Positions 29,149-39,438 of a stretch of DNA of 64,000 nt are shown piece by piece. The notes under the pieces are model-generated. The model did no database searches. It was not told the origin of the DNA and worked only from the letters and a program-made list of their open reading frames with translations. Every line of letters starts with the position of its first letter. Positions within the stretch are counted from its first letter, which is position 1. The translations under genes and the position numbers were made by a program. This DNA comes from an uncultured Rhizobium sp. (lineage in GTDB: Bacteria; Pseudomonadota; Alphaproteobacteria; SMXQ01): assembly GCA_964628235.1 (NCBI GenBank), contig CAZVLU010000012.1, positions 9,108 through 73,107 on the forward strand, given 5' to 3'.

Positions 29149-30407
29149 GCAGGCTGTTGAACAAATAGCCGATTTCTCGATGTCTGTTGGATTGTCGTAC
29201 CGTTTTGGCGCCGGTTCGTGGCGCGGCCCGGTCCGCTGAGGTTGTGGTTCATGCGGCAGCCATCAATTTCGGCAAGCGGATGAGGTTGTAGGCGGCGGCT
29301 GCGAGAGTGAAGGCCCATCGGACTTTTGCGAGACCTCGGTACTTTGTCTTTCTGAGACCCGCGATGGTCTTCATCCAGCCGAAGCCCGCTTCGATGCGTT
29401 TTCGGATGCGCTGGCTTGCGACATAGCCGGGATGGCGCGTTGTGCGTCCATCGATGGCCGAACGGCGGGTCGTGTTGCGGGCAATGTGCGGTGTCACGTT
29501 CATCTCACGCAGTTCCATGACGAAGTCGGCGGCGTCGAAGCCCTTGTCGCCGGCCAGCGTGATGGCTCCCGGCCTGTCGGCGCGCGGCTCGATCATGTCG
29601 AGCGCCGCCAGCCGTTCGGCATGACCAGAGACCCGGGTTAGCCGCGCATCGACCAGGAGCCCGTTGCGGTTCTCCATCAGGGTATGGCCGATGTAGCAAA
29701 GCTTCGCCTCCATGCCGGACCCCTTGCGATAGAGCATGGCATCGGGATCGCTGGTCGAGGCGTGGGTCTGATTGCCGCGTTTCTCGCCACGGAAGTTGAC
29801 CTCCTCATTACGCCCACCGCTCGCGGGAGGGGCGCGATCCTCGTTCTTTGGCTTGAGGCTCTTCATGCTGGCCCAGGCTTCCACCAGCGTGCCGTCGACC
29901 GAGAAGTGATCCGTCGACAGAAGCTGCCTGACGTTGGGCTGGGTCAGGACCGCCGCCATGAACCTGGCCGCGACATCACCTTCGAGCAGACGGTCCCGGT
30001 TCTTGGAGAACACCGAGTGATCCCACACCGCATCGTCGATGCCCAAGCCAACAAACCAGCGGAACAGCAGATCGAACCGAAGCCGTTCCATCAGCTGGCG
30101 TTCCGAGCGGATCGTGTAAAACGCCTGCAACAGAGATGCCCGCAGCAGCTTCTCCGGCGCGATCGAGGGCCGTCCCAGTGGCGCGTACATCGCCGCAAAG
30201 TCCGCGCTCAGGTCGGACAACGCGGCATTCACTATCTCGCGGATAACGCGAAGGGAGTGATCCTTTGGCACACGCGTCTCCAGATCGACATACGAAAACA
30301 GCGTTCCTGAGCGTTCGTCCGTCCCGCGCATCACCCATCCCCAGACGCAATTGCTCGTCGAAGGAATCACCAAACGACCAAATCCGCCAGGGATTTCAAT
30401 AACCTGC
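29149..30407 (-). mobile_element. IS5-family element, copy A
   Basis: IRs GCAGGCTGTTGAA / TTCAATAACCTGC flanked by TA on both sides (29147-48 and 30408-09). Confidence 0.9.
29249..30331 (-). CDS. IS5-family transposase (DUF772 plus DDE), copy A
   Basis: GRPSIAPEKLLRA, SERQL, VDGT, DKGF, RKRIE..FGWMK. Confidence 0.92.
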   Translation of the reverse strand: MRGTDERSGTLFSYVDLETRVPKDHSLRVIREIVNAALSDLSADFAAMYAPLGRPSIAPEKLLRASLLQAFYTIRSERQLMERLRFDLLFRWFVGLGIDDAVWDHSVFSKNRDRLLEGDVAARFMAAVLTQPNVRQLLSTDHFSVDGTLVEAWASMKSLKPKNEDRAPPASGGRNEEVNFRGEKRGNQTHASTSDPDAMLYRKGSGMEAKLCYIGHTLMENRNGLLVDARLTRVSGHAERLAALDMIEPRADRPGAITLAGDKGFDAADFVMELREMNVTPHIARNTTRRSAIDGRTTRHPGYVASQRIRKRIEAGFGWMKTIAGLRKTKYRGLAKVRWAFTLAAAAYNLIRLPKLMAAA

Positions 30408-30427
30408 TAAGCATGGGAGAGTGCGGT

Positions 30428-31456
30428 TCATTTCATTGATTGTTCGGCGAGTTCAACAATTCGATTCGTGTAAACGCTAGGCACATTTACCTTGATCTCT
30501 TCGCCCCTCGTCGCCGCCAGGAAATCGATGTTCCTCTGAATGTCGAGATCGGTCATCCGAAGTACCGAGGGAATTGCTTTCCTTTGGTCCTGGAAACCCG
30601 CATCAAGAACCTTCGGATCGAGCTCCGGAAAGTAACCCTTTACCCGTTCTTTTGCTTCTTCCGGGTTCTCTTCTATGAACTTAATGGCGCGCCAGGTCGC
30701 TTTCAAAATACGAACGGCCTTCTCTTCGTCCTTGGCCAGCCATTCCGTATTCGCGATTAGTCCATTGGACATGAAACCATCCAACGGTGGGTATTCACCA
30801 GCAACGACGTTTAGAAGCATGAAGGCCTTGGCCTGCATGATGCCCATATCAGCTGTTGGCGGAGAAATGACAAAACTGTCGACGCGCTTGTTCTGCAGTG
30901 CCGGAATCATAGCTTCCGTCGTAATGGGCATGATGGTCAAATCGCGCTCTGGATTCCAGCCTTGTTGCTTCGCAATATAGCGAACCAGGAGATCAGGCGA
31001 AGTACCTGGCATATGAGCCGCGATACGGAGCCCCTTGAGCGCTTCAATCCGCTTCGCGACCGGCGTGTTCTCGTTGAGAGAGAAGCGATCTTTGACCTCT
31101 TTCGAAACGAGAACATTGCTCGCATACTGATTCATTATGGGAGCGAAGATCTTCACATTGGCGCCTTTGTCAATTGCCTGAATCGTGCTGGCAAATGGGG
31201 CGATATAGAATTGTCCCGCGCCAGACATCAGTGCCGACATGGCGGCGCCGCCGCTCTTAACGAAGAGCAAATCGAAATCGATATTTTCGTCACGGAAATA
31301 ACCCATCTTTTCCGCCACCATGATTGGAGCGCCGTAGAAACCAAGGCTGACCGAAATTCCGGTGATCTTCGTGCGCGGCGGCGTTTGGGCGTCGCCCGGC
31401 ATCGCCATAACCGACACGATACCAAAGGCTAATACCGCAATAACATTCTTTAACAT
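30428..31456 (-). CDS. NitT/TauT-family ABC transporter substrate-binding protein
   Basis: Signal peptide from MLKNVI, VAEKMGYFRDENI, SGGAAMSAL.SG; last gene of the ABC operon. Confidence 0.85.
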   Translation of the reverse strand: MLKNVIAVLAFGIVSVMAMPGDAQTPPRTKITGISVSLGFYGAPIMVAEKMGYFRDENIDFDLLFVKSGGAAMSALMSGAGQFYIAPFASTIQAIDKGANVKIFAPIMNQYASNVLVSKEVKDRFSLNENTPVAKRIEALKGLRIAAHMPGTSPDLLVRYIAKQQGWNPERDLTIMPITTEAMIPALQNKRVDSFVISPPTADMGIMQAKAFMLLNVVAGEYPPLDGFMSNGLIANTEWLAKDEEKAVRILKATWRAIKFIEENPEEAKERVKGYFPELDPKVLDAGFQDQRKAIPSVLRMTDLDIQRNIDFLAATRGEEIKVNVPSVYTNRIVELAEQSMK

Positions 31457-31482
31457 GCCCGTCTCCCTTCCCAGTTTTTTGT

Positions 31483-32250
31483 TTATATGCTGACTTCGCG
31501 AGTCTCTTCTACCGATCTCCACGGCATCAATTTCTTCTCGGCGATGCGGACGAGCGCATTGAGAATTATCCCAAGCACTACGCAGGCGATAAGAGCGGCT
31601 AAAACGCCCCCCGTATCAAACTGTCCGGATGCTTCTGAAAGAAGAAAGCCGAGTCCTCTATTTGATGCGATCATCTCGCCAACAATAGCGCCGATCAATG
31701 CATAGGGAACGGAAAGCCGCAGCCCTGCAAATACCCATGAAAACGCCGACGGTAGAATCACCTTCAGTAGAATATGTCGTTCGCCCGCCCCCATGAGCCG
31801 GAGGATCGTGATCTGTTCCCTATCCACATTCCTGACACCGGTATAGGTATTCAAAAACACTAAGAAGAAGACGATCGATGCAACCAGAATGGTTTTCATT
31901 GACAAACCAACGCCAAACCACAGGACGAACAACGGCGCTAATGCGACTTTTGGTAAGCTGTAGAACCCTATCAAAAAGGGATCCAGAAGGTCGGCAAGCT
32001 TTTTTATGCGGCCGAGGAGAATGCCCGCAATCATGCCGATTATGGAGCCGCTTAGAAAACCGACAACCGTTACAATAAGCGTGTAGGATATATGGAATAC
32101 TAATGTTCCATTCGTTATCCAGTGACTCAGCTTTGCGAAAACCACGGACGGTTTGCTGATGAAAAATTCGCTGATGAGCGTTCCGGAGCTCAGGTGCCAC
32201 ACGACCAGCACGGAGACCGCCAAGAGTACGCGCTGAAGAAAGAGCCCCAT
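31483..32250 (-). CDS. NitT/TauT-family ABC permease
   Basis: SLPKVALAPLFVLWFG, GAIVGEMIASNRGLG. Confidence 0.9.
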   Translation of the reverse strand: MGLFLQRVLLAVSVLVVWHLSSGTLISEFFISKPSVVFAKLSHWITNGTLVFHISYTLIVTVVGFLSGSIIGMIAGILLGRIKKLADLLDPFLIGFYSLPKVALAPLFVLWFGVGLSMKTILVASIVFFLVFLNTYTGVRNVDREQITILRLMGAGERHILLKVILPSAFSWVFAGLRLSVPYALIGAIVGEMIASNRGLGFLLSEASGQFDTGGVLAALIACVVLGIILNALVRIAEKKLMPWRSVEETREVSI

Positions 32251-32253
32251 GTC

Positions 32254-33036
32254 CTAGCCCTCCGCCTGAGCGAGTGAGGGCGCCATAATTCTCCAGAGTT
32301 CCGAAGTCAGTTCGATATATCGTTTGTCGAAACGTAGATTGATAAGACTGCCGCGCGGTTGACCTAGATCGACCGGAATTTCCTGAACGATTGTTCCAGG
32401 CCGCGGCCCAAACACAATACACCGGCTGGCGAGCGCTATAGCCTCGTCGAGGTCGTGTGTTACGAATAGAACCGTCTTCTTGAGATCGGAGCATATACGC
32501 ATGATCTCCGTCTGCATTGTCATCCGCAACTGCGCGTCCAGCGCGCCGAACGGCTCATCCATCAGGAGAGTCTCGGGATCGTACGCAAGGACGCGAGCAA
32601 GCGCGCAGCGTTTGCGCATTCCGCCGGAAAGCTGCGAAGGATAAGATGTTTCGAAGCCAGTAAGACCGACCAGCGCCATCAAACGCTCTACGGTTTCTCG
32701 ACGTTGCTTACGGGGCACATCACGAATTTCCAAAGGCACGGCGATGTTCCCAACGACGTCCCGCCAGGGCAGGAGATGATCCTGCTGCGTCATATAACCA
32801 ACGCGCCTATTGATCTGGCTCACCTCGACGCCGCGATACAAAACAACACCGGTTGTCGGGCGGAATAACCCTGCAATCATGTTCAGCAATGTCGACTTCC
32901 CGCAGCCCGACGGTCCCACCAGGGTTATAAAATCGCCTTCCAGCACCGTGAGATTTATGTCGGTTACGGCGCGAAGCTCGTGCCCCTTGACAGTAAAGGT
33001 CTTTCCAACGTCGCGGAATTCCGCAAGCGGCACCAT
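32254..33036 (-). CDS. NitT/TauT-family ABC ATP-binding protein
   Basis: GPSGCGKST, LSGGMRKR, LMDEPFGALD. Confidence 0.93.
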   Translation of the reverse strand: MVPLAEFRDVGKTFTVKGHELRAVTDINLTVLEGDFITLVGPSGCGKSTLLNMIAGLFRPTTGVVLYRGVEVSQINRRVGYMTQQDHLLPWRDVVGNIAVPLEIRDVPRKQRRETVERLMALVGLTGFETSYPSQLSGGMRKRCALARVLAYDPETLLMDEPFGALDAQLRMTMQTEIMRICSDLKKTVLFVTHDLDEAIALASRCIVFGPRPGTIVQEIPVDLGQPRGSLINLRFDKRYIELTSELWRIMAPSLAQAEG

Positions 33037-33072
33037 ACGATCACTCCTCCGTCTTGAGAGATTTCATCTCTA

Positions 33073-34332
33073 GCAGGCTGTTGAACAAATAGCCGATTTT
33101 CTCGATGTCTGTTGGATTGTCGTACCGTTTTGGCGCCGGTTCGTGGCGCGGCCCGGTCCGCTGAGGTTGTGGTTCATGCGGCAGCCATCAATTTCGGCAA
33201 GCGGATGAGGTTGTAGGCGGCGGCTGCGAGAGTGAAGGCCCATCGGACTTTTGCGAGACCTCGGTACTTTGTCTTTCTGAGACCCGCGATGGTCTTCATC
33301 CAGCCGAAGCCCGCTTCGATGCGTTTTCGGATGCGCTGGCTTGCGACATAGCCGGGATGGCGCGTTGTGCGTCCATCGATGGCCGAACGGCGGGTCGTGT
33401 TGCGGGCAATGTGCGGTGTCACGTTCATCTCACGCAGTTCCATGACGAAGTCGGCGGCGTCGAAGCCCTTGTCGCCGGCCAGCGTGATGGCTCCCGGCCT
33501 GTCGGCGCGCGGCTCGATCATGTCGAGCGCCGCCAGCCGTTCGGCATGACCAGAGACCCGGGTTAGCCGCGCATCGACCAGGAGCCCGTTGCGGTTCTCC
33601 ATCAGGGTATGGCCGATGTAGCAAAGCTTCGCCTCCATGCCGGACCCCTTGCGATAGAGCATGGCATCGGGATCGCTGGTCGAGGCGTGGGTCTGATTGC
33701 CGCGTTTCTCGCCACGGAAGTTGACCTCCTCATTACGCCCACCGCTCGCGGGAGGGGCGCGATCCTCGTTCTTTGGCTTGAGGCTCTTCATGCTGGCCCA
33801 GGCTTCCACCAGCGTGCCGTCGACCGAGAAGTGATCCGTCGACAGAAGCTGCCTGACGTTGGGCTGGGTCAGGACCGCCGCCATGAACCTGGCCGCGACA
33901 TCACCTTCGAGCAGACGGTCCCGGTTCTTGGAGAACACCGAGTGATCCCACACCGCATCGTCGATGCCCAAGCCAACAAACCAGCGGAACAGCAGATCGA
34001 ACCGAAGCCGTTCCATCAGCTGGCGTTCCGAGCGGATCGTGTAAAACGCCTGCAACAGAGATGCCCGCAGCAGCTTCTCCGGCGCGATCGAGGGCCGTCC
34101 CAGTGGCGCGTACATCGCCGCAAAGTCCGCGCTCAGGTCGGACAACGCGGCATTCACTATCTCGCGGATAACGCGAAGGGAGTGATCCTTTGGCACACGC
34201 GTCTCCAGATCGACATACGAAAACAGCGTTCCTGAGCGTTCGTCCGTCCCGCGCATCACCCATCCCCAGACGCAATTGCTCGTCGAAGGAATCACCAAAC
34301 GACCAAATCCGCCAGGGATTTCAATAACCTGC
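33073..34332 (-). mobile_element. IS5-family element, copy B (near-identical to copy A)
   Basis: Same IRs and same transposase translation; one extra T near 33100; flanks TA (left) and CA (right). Confidence 0.9.
33174..34256 (-). CDS. IS5-family transposase, copy B
   Basis: Translation identical to 29249..30331. Confidence 0.92.
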   Translation of the reverse strand: MRGTDERSGTLFSYVDLETRVPKDHSLRVIREIVNAALSDLSADFAAMYAPLGRPSIAPEKLLRASLLQAFYTIRSERQLMERLRFDLLFRWFVGLGIDDAVWDHSVFSKNRDRLLEGDVAARFMAAVLTQPNVRQLLSTDHFSVDGTLVEAWASMKSLKPKNEDRAPPASGGRNEEVNFRGEKRGNQTHASTSDPDAMLYRKGSGMEAKLCYIGHTLMENRNGLLVDARLTRVSGHAERLAALDMIEPRADRPGAITLAGDKGFDAADFVMELREMNVTPHIARNTTRRSAIDGRTTRHPGYVASQRIRKRIEAGFGWMKTIAGLRKTKYRGLAKVRWAFTLAAAAYNLIRLPKLMAAA

Positions 34333-34783
34333 CAAAGGATTTCAATCATACCAAGTGCGCAAAGTAACGTAGTATGACGACCGCATCAATAACAACGGAA
34401 CCGGGCAGCGCCACCGATCAATGGCGCGAATCGTCGCTGACGCATGACGAAGGCACCGCGAGCCTGTCGCTGCGGCGACACGGCCCGCCGGAGAAGCGCT
34501 GGCAGATGGATGGCCGAAGATATATTGCACTGCGGCAAGCTGGAGCGTCCGCCAACTCCTCAAAATTAAGTGCGGAACCCGTCCGAATGCGGCGCTGCGG
34601 GATTTAGGCGGTCTTGAACATGCGCATTTACTTCGCGTCAGCTATGAATCGCTTGGATGATTATCATGCGCACTGTCGATTTGTGCAATTGTCAGACTTC
34701 GCCACTATCGGCCCCCCAATGGTGCCGGGCGCGCAGCGCGATAAAGCGCAGGACCTAAACATCGTCAGTGGAGTTTCACAGTT

Positions 34784-35932
34784 ATGGATACACTCTCACC
34801 CAAAGCGAAATTCACAGGTGTGCCAGGCTACACGGATAAGCGCACGACCTTTGAGCGCTGGGTGGAAGACACACTTCAACTCGATCGGCATACCGGATAT
34901 TTCGCCGGACCCCTCGGTACAATGCCGCTCAAGCCTTGGAAAGACCGGGGTTTCGACGCCGCCTTCGTTGATACGGTTGGTGCGGAATCGCTTGCCGGCA
35001 TGTATGTCGCGGAAATAGCACCCGGCAAGAGCAGCGTGAAAACGCGCCAGCTATACGATGAGTTTATTTACATCATGTCAGGCACCGGGTCTGTGACCAT
35101 TGTCCATAATGGCGTCCCGAAATCGTTTGAATGGGGACCGCGCAGTCTGTTTGCCATTCCAATGAATGCACCGTTCCAGATTCACAATGGTTCCGGCGTT
35201 GATCCGGTGCGGTTCATCAGTGTTAATACCTTGCCGATGATCTACGGTATGTTCCGCGATACAAATTTTATTTACGGCGGAACGGATTGGAATTTTAGCC
35301 GCATTCCGGATGACGGTGAGATCACGGACTCGGTTCTTTACGAACCGGATGTCAATCATGAGCGGACCGCCGTCAATCTCTACGAGACCCTATTCATTCC
35401 AGACATTCTCGCGCTTGGCCGGTCGACGTTCGCTGAGCGTGGCGAAGGCGCGGCTTGCGTTTATATGGAAATGGCCAACAGCGTCATTTCAGCGCATGTC
35501 TGCGAAGTGCCGGCCAATAAATTCTTCTGGCCCCATCGCCATGGTCCTTCGGGTTACGTATTCACCATCGAAGGGACCGGTTATTCGATGATGTGGTCGG
35601 ATCAAGGTGACATGCAACGCTTTGAGTGGCCACAAAATGACGTCGGCCTTCTGGTGCCGCCGAACATGTGGTGGCACGGACATTTCGCGGTTGGCAAGCG
35701 CAATGCGGTACAGCTGGCCATTAAGCTTATGAGCCGAATCAACTCGATCAGTCATCTTTACGACAAGGTCCATAAGCCTGTTTCGGAAGGTGGCGCAGTC
35801 TTGCGTTTTGAAGATCTTGGCGAAGAGGTGCGGCGTCAAGTGTGGCAGCCGTTCGTCGAAGCCGCGCGCAAAGAAGGCTATGAAGTAAAGCCACCCGCGC
35901 CACAGAAAAAAACACCTGCCAGCGTCAGTTAA
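34784..35932 (+). CDS. Bicupin protein of unknown function
   Basis: Two cupin barrels: EFIYIMSGTG...FEWGPRSLFAIP and HRHGP...GTGYS...PPNMWWHGHF. Confidence 0.8.
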   Translation: MDTLSPKAKFTGVPGYTDKRTTFERWVEDTLQLDRHTGYFAGPLGTMPLKPWKDRGFDAAFVDTVGAESLAGMYVAEIAPGKSSVKTRQLYDEFIYIMSGTGSVTIVHNGVPKSFEWGPRSLFAIPMNAPFQIHNGSGVDPVRFISVNTLPMIYGMFRDTNFIYGGTDWNFSRIPDDGEITDSVLYEPDVNHERTAVNLYETLFIPDILALGRSTFAERGEGAACVYMEMANSVISAHVCEVPANKFFWPHRHGPSGYVFTIEGTGYSMMWSDQGDMQRFEWPQNDVGLLVPPNMWWHGHFAVGKRNAVQLAIKLMSRINSISHLYDKVHKPVSEGGAVLRFEDLGEEVRRQVWQPFVEAARKEGYEVKPPAPQKKTPASVS

Positions 35933-36010
35933 AGCAAAGAGCGCACAAAGAAGCCTACGTTCTAGCCGCGTAATCGCGCGAGAAAACAGTAGGCGACAAG
36001 GAGGCTATGA

Positions 36011-37045
36011 ATGAACCATCTCAAACAATTGCTTTGCATTTTTGCGGCCATGTGCTTTTACGGCACAGCTGCCCAAGCACAGGATAACGCGAAAGAGTTT
36101 TACAAAGGGAAAACGATCAACTTTTACATCGGTTGGGCAGCCGGCAGTGGCTACGATAGTTACAGCCGGCTTGCAGCGCGCCATCTAGGCAATTACATTC
36201 CCGGCGCACCCAATATTATTCCGCTCAATCAGCCGGGCGGTGGCAGTATTTCTCTAGCCAACAGGCTTTATAACGGCCTGCCGAAAGATGGAACCGCCAT
36301 CGGGATGGTCGGTAACAGCCTTTATCTTCAGCAATTCCTCGGTGAACCGAATATTCAGTTCGACGCCGCGAAATTCACCTGGATTGGGCGCCAGGCCGAT
36401 CTGCCGCTATTGTTGATGTCATGGCACAACTCGCCGGCAATGGAGCCGAGCGATGTTTTCACAAAATCCTACAACATCGGTGTACCTGGCGCTGGGTCGT
36501 CCGCCAATCTGACGCTCTCGTTCATCAAGGAACTAGTGGGTGCCAAGTACTCCATTATTCTTGGCTACCAGAATGGCAACGAGACCCGCCTTGCGATGGA
36601 ACGCGGGGAGGTTGATGCGACGGCGAGTATCGATTGGAGCATCTTCCAACAGGCCAATGCCGATTTGCTGCGCGACAAAAAGGTCAATCTGCTCGCCGTC
36701 CTTGGTCTTAACCGATTGCCGGAAATCCCAGATGTGCCGTTGTTGAGCGAATTGGGCAAGAATGAAGATGACCGCAAACTCATTGACGTGTTCATGCTGC
36801 CGGCCGATGTGGGGCGCGCGATCATTGCGCCGCCTGGTCTGCCAGCCGACCGCACCAAAATCCTTCGCGATGCATTCGACGGCATGTCCAAGGACGAGAA
36901 GTATTTCGCCGAAGCAAAGAAGCAGAGCATGATGGTCAACGCTCTCTCCGGCGGAGAGCTTCAGAGGCTCATGGAGCAAGTGCAAGATATCTCGCCAGCC
37001 CTCGCAGAGAAAGCGCGATCTCTTGCTGCCGCGACGAAGAAATGA
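36011..37045 (+). CDS. Bug/TctC substrate-binding protein
   Basis: FYKGKT, GSGYDSYSR, NQPGGG, AMERGEVD. Confidence 0.9.
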   Translation: MNHLKQLLCIFAAMCFYGTAAQAQDNAKEFYKGKTINFYIGWAAGSGYDSYSRLAARHLGNYIPGAPNIIPLNQPGGGSISLANRLYNGLPKDGTAIGMVGNSLYLQQFLGEPNIQFDAAKFTWIGRQADLPLLLMSWHNSPAMEPSDVFTKSYNIGVPGAGSSANLTLSFIKELVGAKYSIILGYQNGNETRLAMERGEVDATASIDWSIFQQANADLLRDKKVNLLAVLGLNRLPEIPDVPLLSELGKNEDDRKLIDVFMLPADVGRAIIAPPGLPADRTKILRDAFDGMSKDEKYFAEAKKQSMMVNALSGGELQRLMEQVQDISPALAEKARSLAAATKK

Positions 37046-37090
37046 ATGTGACCTAAGTGGTTTGCAAGAACAGTCTCCCCTGAGGATTTC

Positions 37091-37945
37091 ATGGCCCGAG
37101 TCGTTCGATTAGATCACATCGCTCTGCAGGTTGCTTCGCTCGAGGTCGTGCGCGACTTCTATGAGAGGCTTTGGGGTATGCACTCTGAACGGGGGCCGCA
37201 GGGCCACTTCTATCTATCCTGTCCAGCGCAGAGTTACGCTGAGCTCGTGCTGCAGCCGGGAGAGACGAGCACACTCGCATATCTCTCCTTCGCGGTTGCC
37301 CGTAGAGATGATGTGGATGAGTTTGCAAAGTTGGCGCCGCAGCAGGGTTACGTCGTCACCCATCAGCCGACTAACTTTTCGGCGCCTGCGCAAGGCCGTA
37401 GTATGGTCCTTCATGATCCCGACGGGAACAACGTTATCATCGCCTGGTATGCAGTGCCTCGACTGCGGGCCACAGGAGACCAGTCACCCAGTCATCTCGG
37501 ACACGTTGTGTTGTGGACGCCAGACCCCGGGCGGATGGAAGCGTTCTACGGATGGCTCGGGTTCCAAGTGAGTGATCGCACGGTGCGCGGCATGTCGTTC
37601 CTACGGTGTAATGGCGACCACCATACCTTGGCCCTGGTCAAAGGCAATCGCACAGGGCTGCAGCACATCGCGTTTGACGGCCATGATCTTGACCATGTCA
37701 TGCAGACCTACGGGAAACTGAAAGCGGCCGGAGTGCCCTGCATATGGGGGCCGGGGCGACACGGTCCCGGCTCGAACATATTCACCTACTACAAAGATCC
37801 CGCTGGCAATGTGATCGAACTGTATTCGGATCTTGAGCAGGTCGAAGAGAGCGATGCGCCAATCACGGAAAAATTCTGGGGTCCCGAACATAAAGGCGAT
37901 GTTTGGGGCAGCGCCGGCCCCGTCCCCCCTGAGTTCATGAGCTAA
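37091..37945 (+). CDS. VOC/extradiol dioxygenase-family protein (paralog of 12409..13293)
   Basis: GHVV, FLRCNGDHH, GRHGPG, shared C-terminal WGPEHKGDVWG. Confidence 0.85.
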   Translation: MARVVRLDHIALQVASLEVVRDFYERLWGMHSERGPQGHFYLSCPAQSYAELVLQPGETSTLAYLSFAVARRDDVDEFAKLAPQQGYVVTHQPTNFSAPAQGRSMVLHDPDGNNVIIAWYAVPRLRATGDQSPSHLGHVVLWTPDPGRMEAFYGWLGFQVSDRTVRGMSFLRCNGDHHTLALVKGNRTGLQHIAFDGHDLDHVMQTYGKLKAAGVPCIWGPGRHGPGSNIFTYYKDPAGNVIELYSDLEQVEESDAPITEKFWGPEHKGDVWGSAGPVPPEFMS

Positions 37946-37973
37946 TTTTCTTTCGCTGTAAGGATCGCAGAGC

Positions 37974-38951
37974 ATGTTGAGCGCTGATGATATTCAAGGT
38001 TTATACGGAATCATTCCTACTCCCGCTCTAGAAGGGGCGCAGGCCGCAGATGCCGACAACACGGTCAATCTTCCTGAAACCGAGCGGCTGGTAAATAAGC
38101 TCATTGCAGACGGGGTGAGTGGCTTGATCGTTTTGGGCACCACAGGTGAATGCCCGACATTATCACGCAATGATTATGAAAGCTTTGTCAGTTGTGTTCT
38201 GGAGACGGTCGGCAAACGCATCCCGACCTTCGTGGGCGCAACAGCGCTCGGGACCCATGAGGTCGTGTCGCGGCTGCGGTTTGCCCAAGACCTTGGCGCC
38301 AGCGGGTCTCTTCTGGGCCTGCCGATGTGGCAACCGCTCACGCAGGACATGGCGATCAGGTTCTATCAAACCATTTCAGAAGTGTTTCCCGACCTAGCGC
38401 TCATGGTCTACGCCAACATGCGGGCGTTCCGATTTGACTTCACGCCGGAGTTCTGGGGCGCGGCGCTGAAAGTGGCGCCGACAATAGTTGCGGCAAAATG
38501 TTCCAATGCGCGGGGCTTGGCCGAAGCACTTCGGCAGACGTCTCAAAAGGTCAACTTCATGCCGAGCGATATGGTCGTGCATGAGTTCTTCCGCATCTCA
38601 CCCGAGACGACGATGGCGTGTTGGGCGACAGCGGCTGGCATGGGGCCGGCACCGTCGCTTGAGATCATGAAAGCCCTTCAGCAAAAAAATATGCAGGCCA
38701 TCGATGACTGGGCAAATAAAATTAGCTGGGCCAATGACCCAATTCTCGAAATCGTCAAGAATCCGGAAGTCTTCGCGTCCTATAATATTCAAATCGAAAA
38801 AGTGCGGATCAGTGAAGCCGGGTACTGTGCGCCTGGCCCAATCCGCCCGCCATATGACGTTATTCCGCCAGAATACGAATCGCTCGCGCGTGAGTGCGGG
38901 CGGCGATGGGCGATCTTATGCCACCACTTGGCGACCGCGAAAAGCGTTTAA
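37974..38951 (+). CDS. NahE/PhdJ-type hydratase-aldolase (DHDPS/NAL family)
   Basis: IIPTPA, GTTGEC, LGLPMW, YAN..AFRFDF..FW, AAKC Schiff-base Lys, GPIRPPY. Confidence 0.85.
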   Translation: MLSADDIQGLYGIIPTPALEGAQAADADNTVNLPETERLVNKLIADGVSGLIVLGTTGECPTLSRNDYESFVSCVLETVGKRIPTFVGATALGTHEVVSRLRFAQDLGASGSLLGLPMWQPLTQDMAIRFYQTISEVFPDLALMVYANMRAFRFDFTPEFWGAALKVAPTIVAAKCSNARGLAEALRQTSQKVNFMPSDMVVHEFFRISPETTMACWATAAGMGPAPSLEIMKALQQKNMQAIDDWANKISWANDPILEIVKNPEVFASYNIQIEKVRISEAGYCAPGPIRPPYDVIPPEYESLARECGRRWAILCHHLATAKSV

Positions 38952-38986
38952 GCCCGCATCCCCCATCGCAAGCAAGAAATGATCAC

Positions 38987-39421
38987 ATGCCACCCTCAAT
39001 GAGTTTTGAAACATCGCGCGAAATCGAAAATCTGATCCTCGATCATGCCTGGCTGGTCGATCACGGTGCGGCGCATCGTCTCCACGAGCTATATACGGAC
39101 GATGGGAAAATCATCGGCATTGGCGAGGACCGCGTGGGCCGCGCAGCGATCATGGCGTATGGCGAAGCTAGAGCCAAAATGACCAAGCGGGTGACCAGTC
39201 ATCTTTGCAGCAACATTCGTTTGACACAAGTGAACTCCAATACGGTGCGCGGCCACGTCCTCGTCACGCTGTTCCGCTACGACGGGGATGTCATTGGAGA
39301 GGCTTTGCCGATTGCGGTCGGTGAATGGACCGATTGCTTCACCCGGAATTTGGCCGGAACCTGGAAGTTTTCTGAACGGAAGCTTCGCATAGTCTTCGAG
39401 TCGGCGGCCCACAAAGAGTAA
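38987..39421 (+). CDS. SnoaL/NTF2-like protein
   Basis: HAWLVDH...LYTDDG...HLCSNI...WKFSER. Confidence 0.8.
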   Translation: MPPSMSFETSREIENLILDHAWLVDHGAAHRLHELYTDDGKIIGIGEDRVGRAAIMAYGEARAKMTKRVTSHLCSNIRLTQVNSNTVRGHVLVTLFRYDGDVIGEALPIAVGEWTDCFTRNLAGTWKFSERKLRIVFESAAHKE

Positions 39422-39438
39422 CTACGCATCGCCGAATT

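Noticed and set aside
29149-34332. Composite transposon that delivered the ABC transporter
   Set aside because: Copy A has its own TA/TA duplication inside another IS's target site, and the outer flanks (TA/CA) do not match; independent insertions fit better.
34340-34610. Short ORFs right of IS copy B
   Set aside because: No recognisable motifs or RBS; probably intergenic or remnant DNA.
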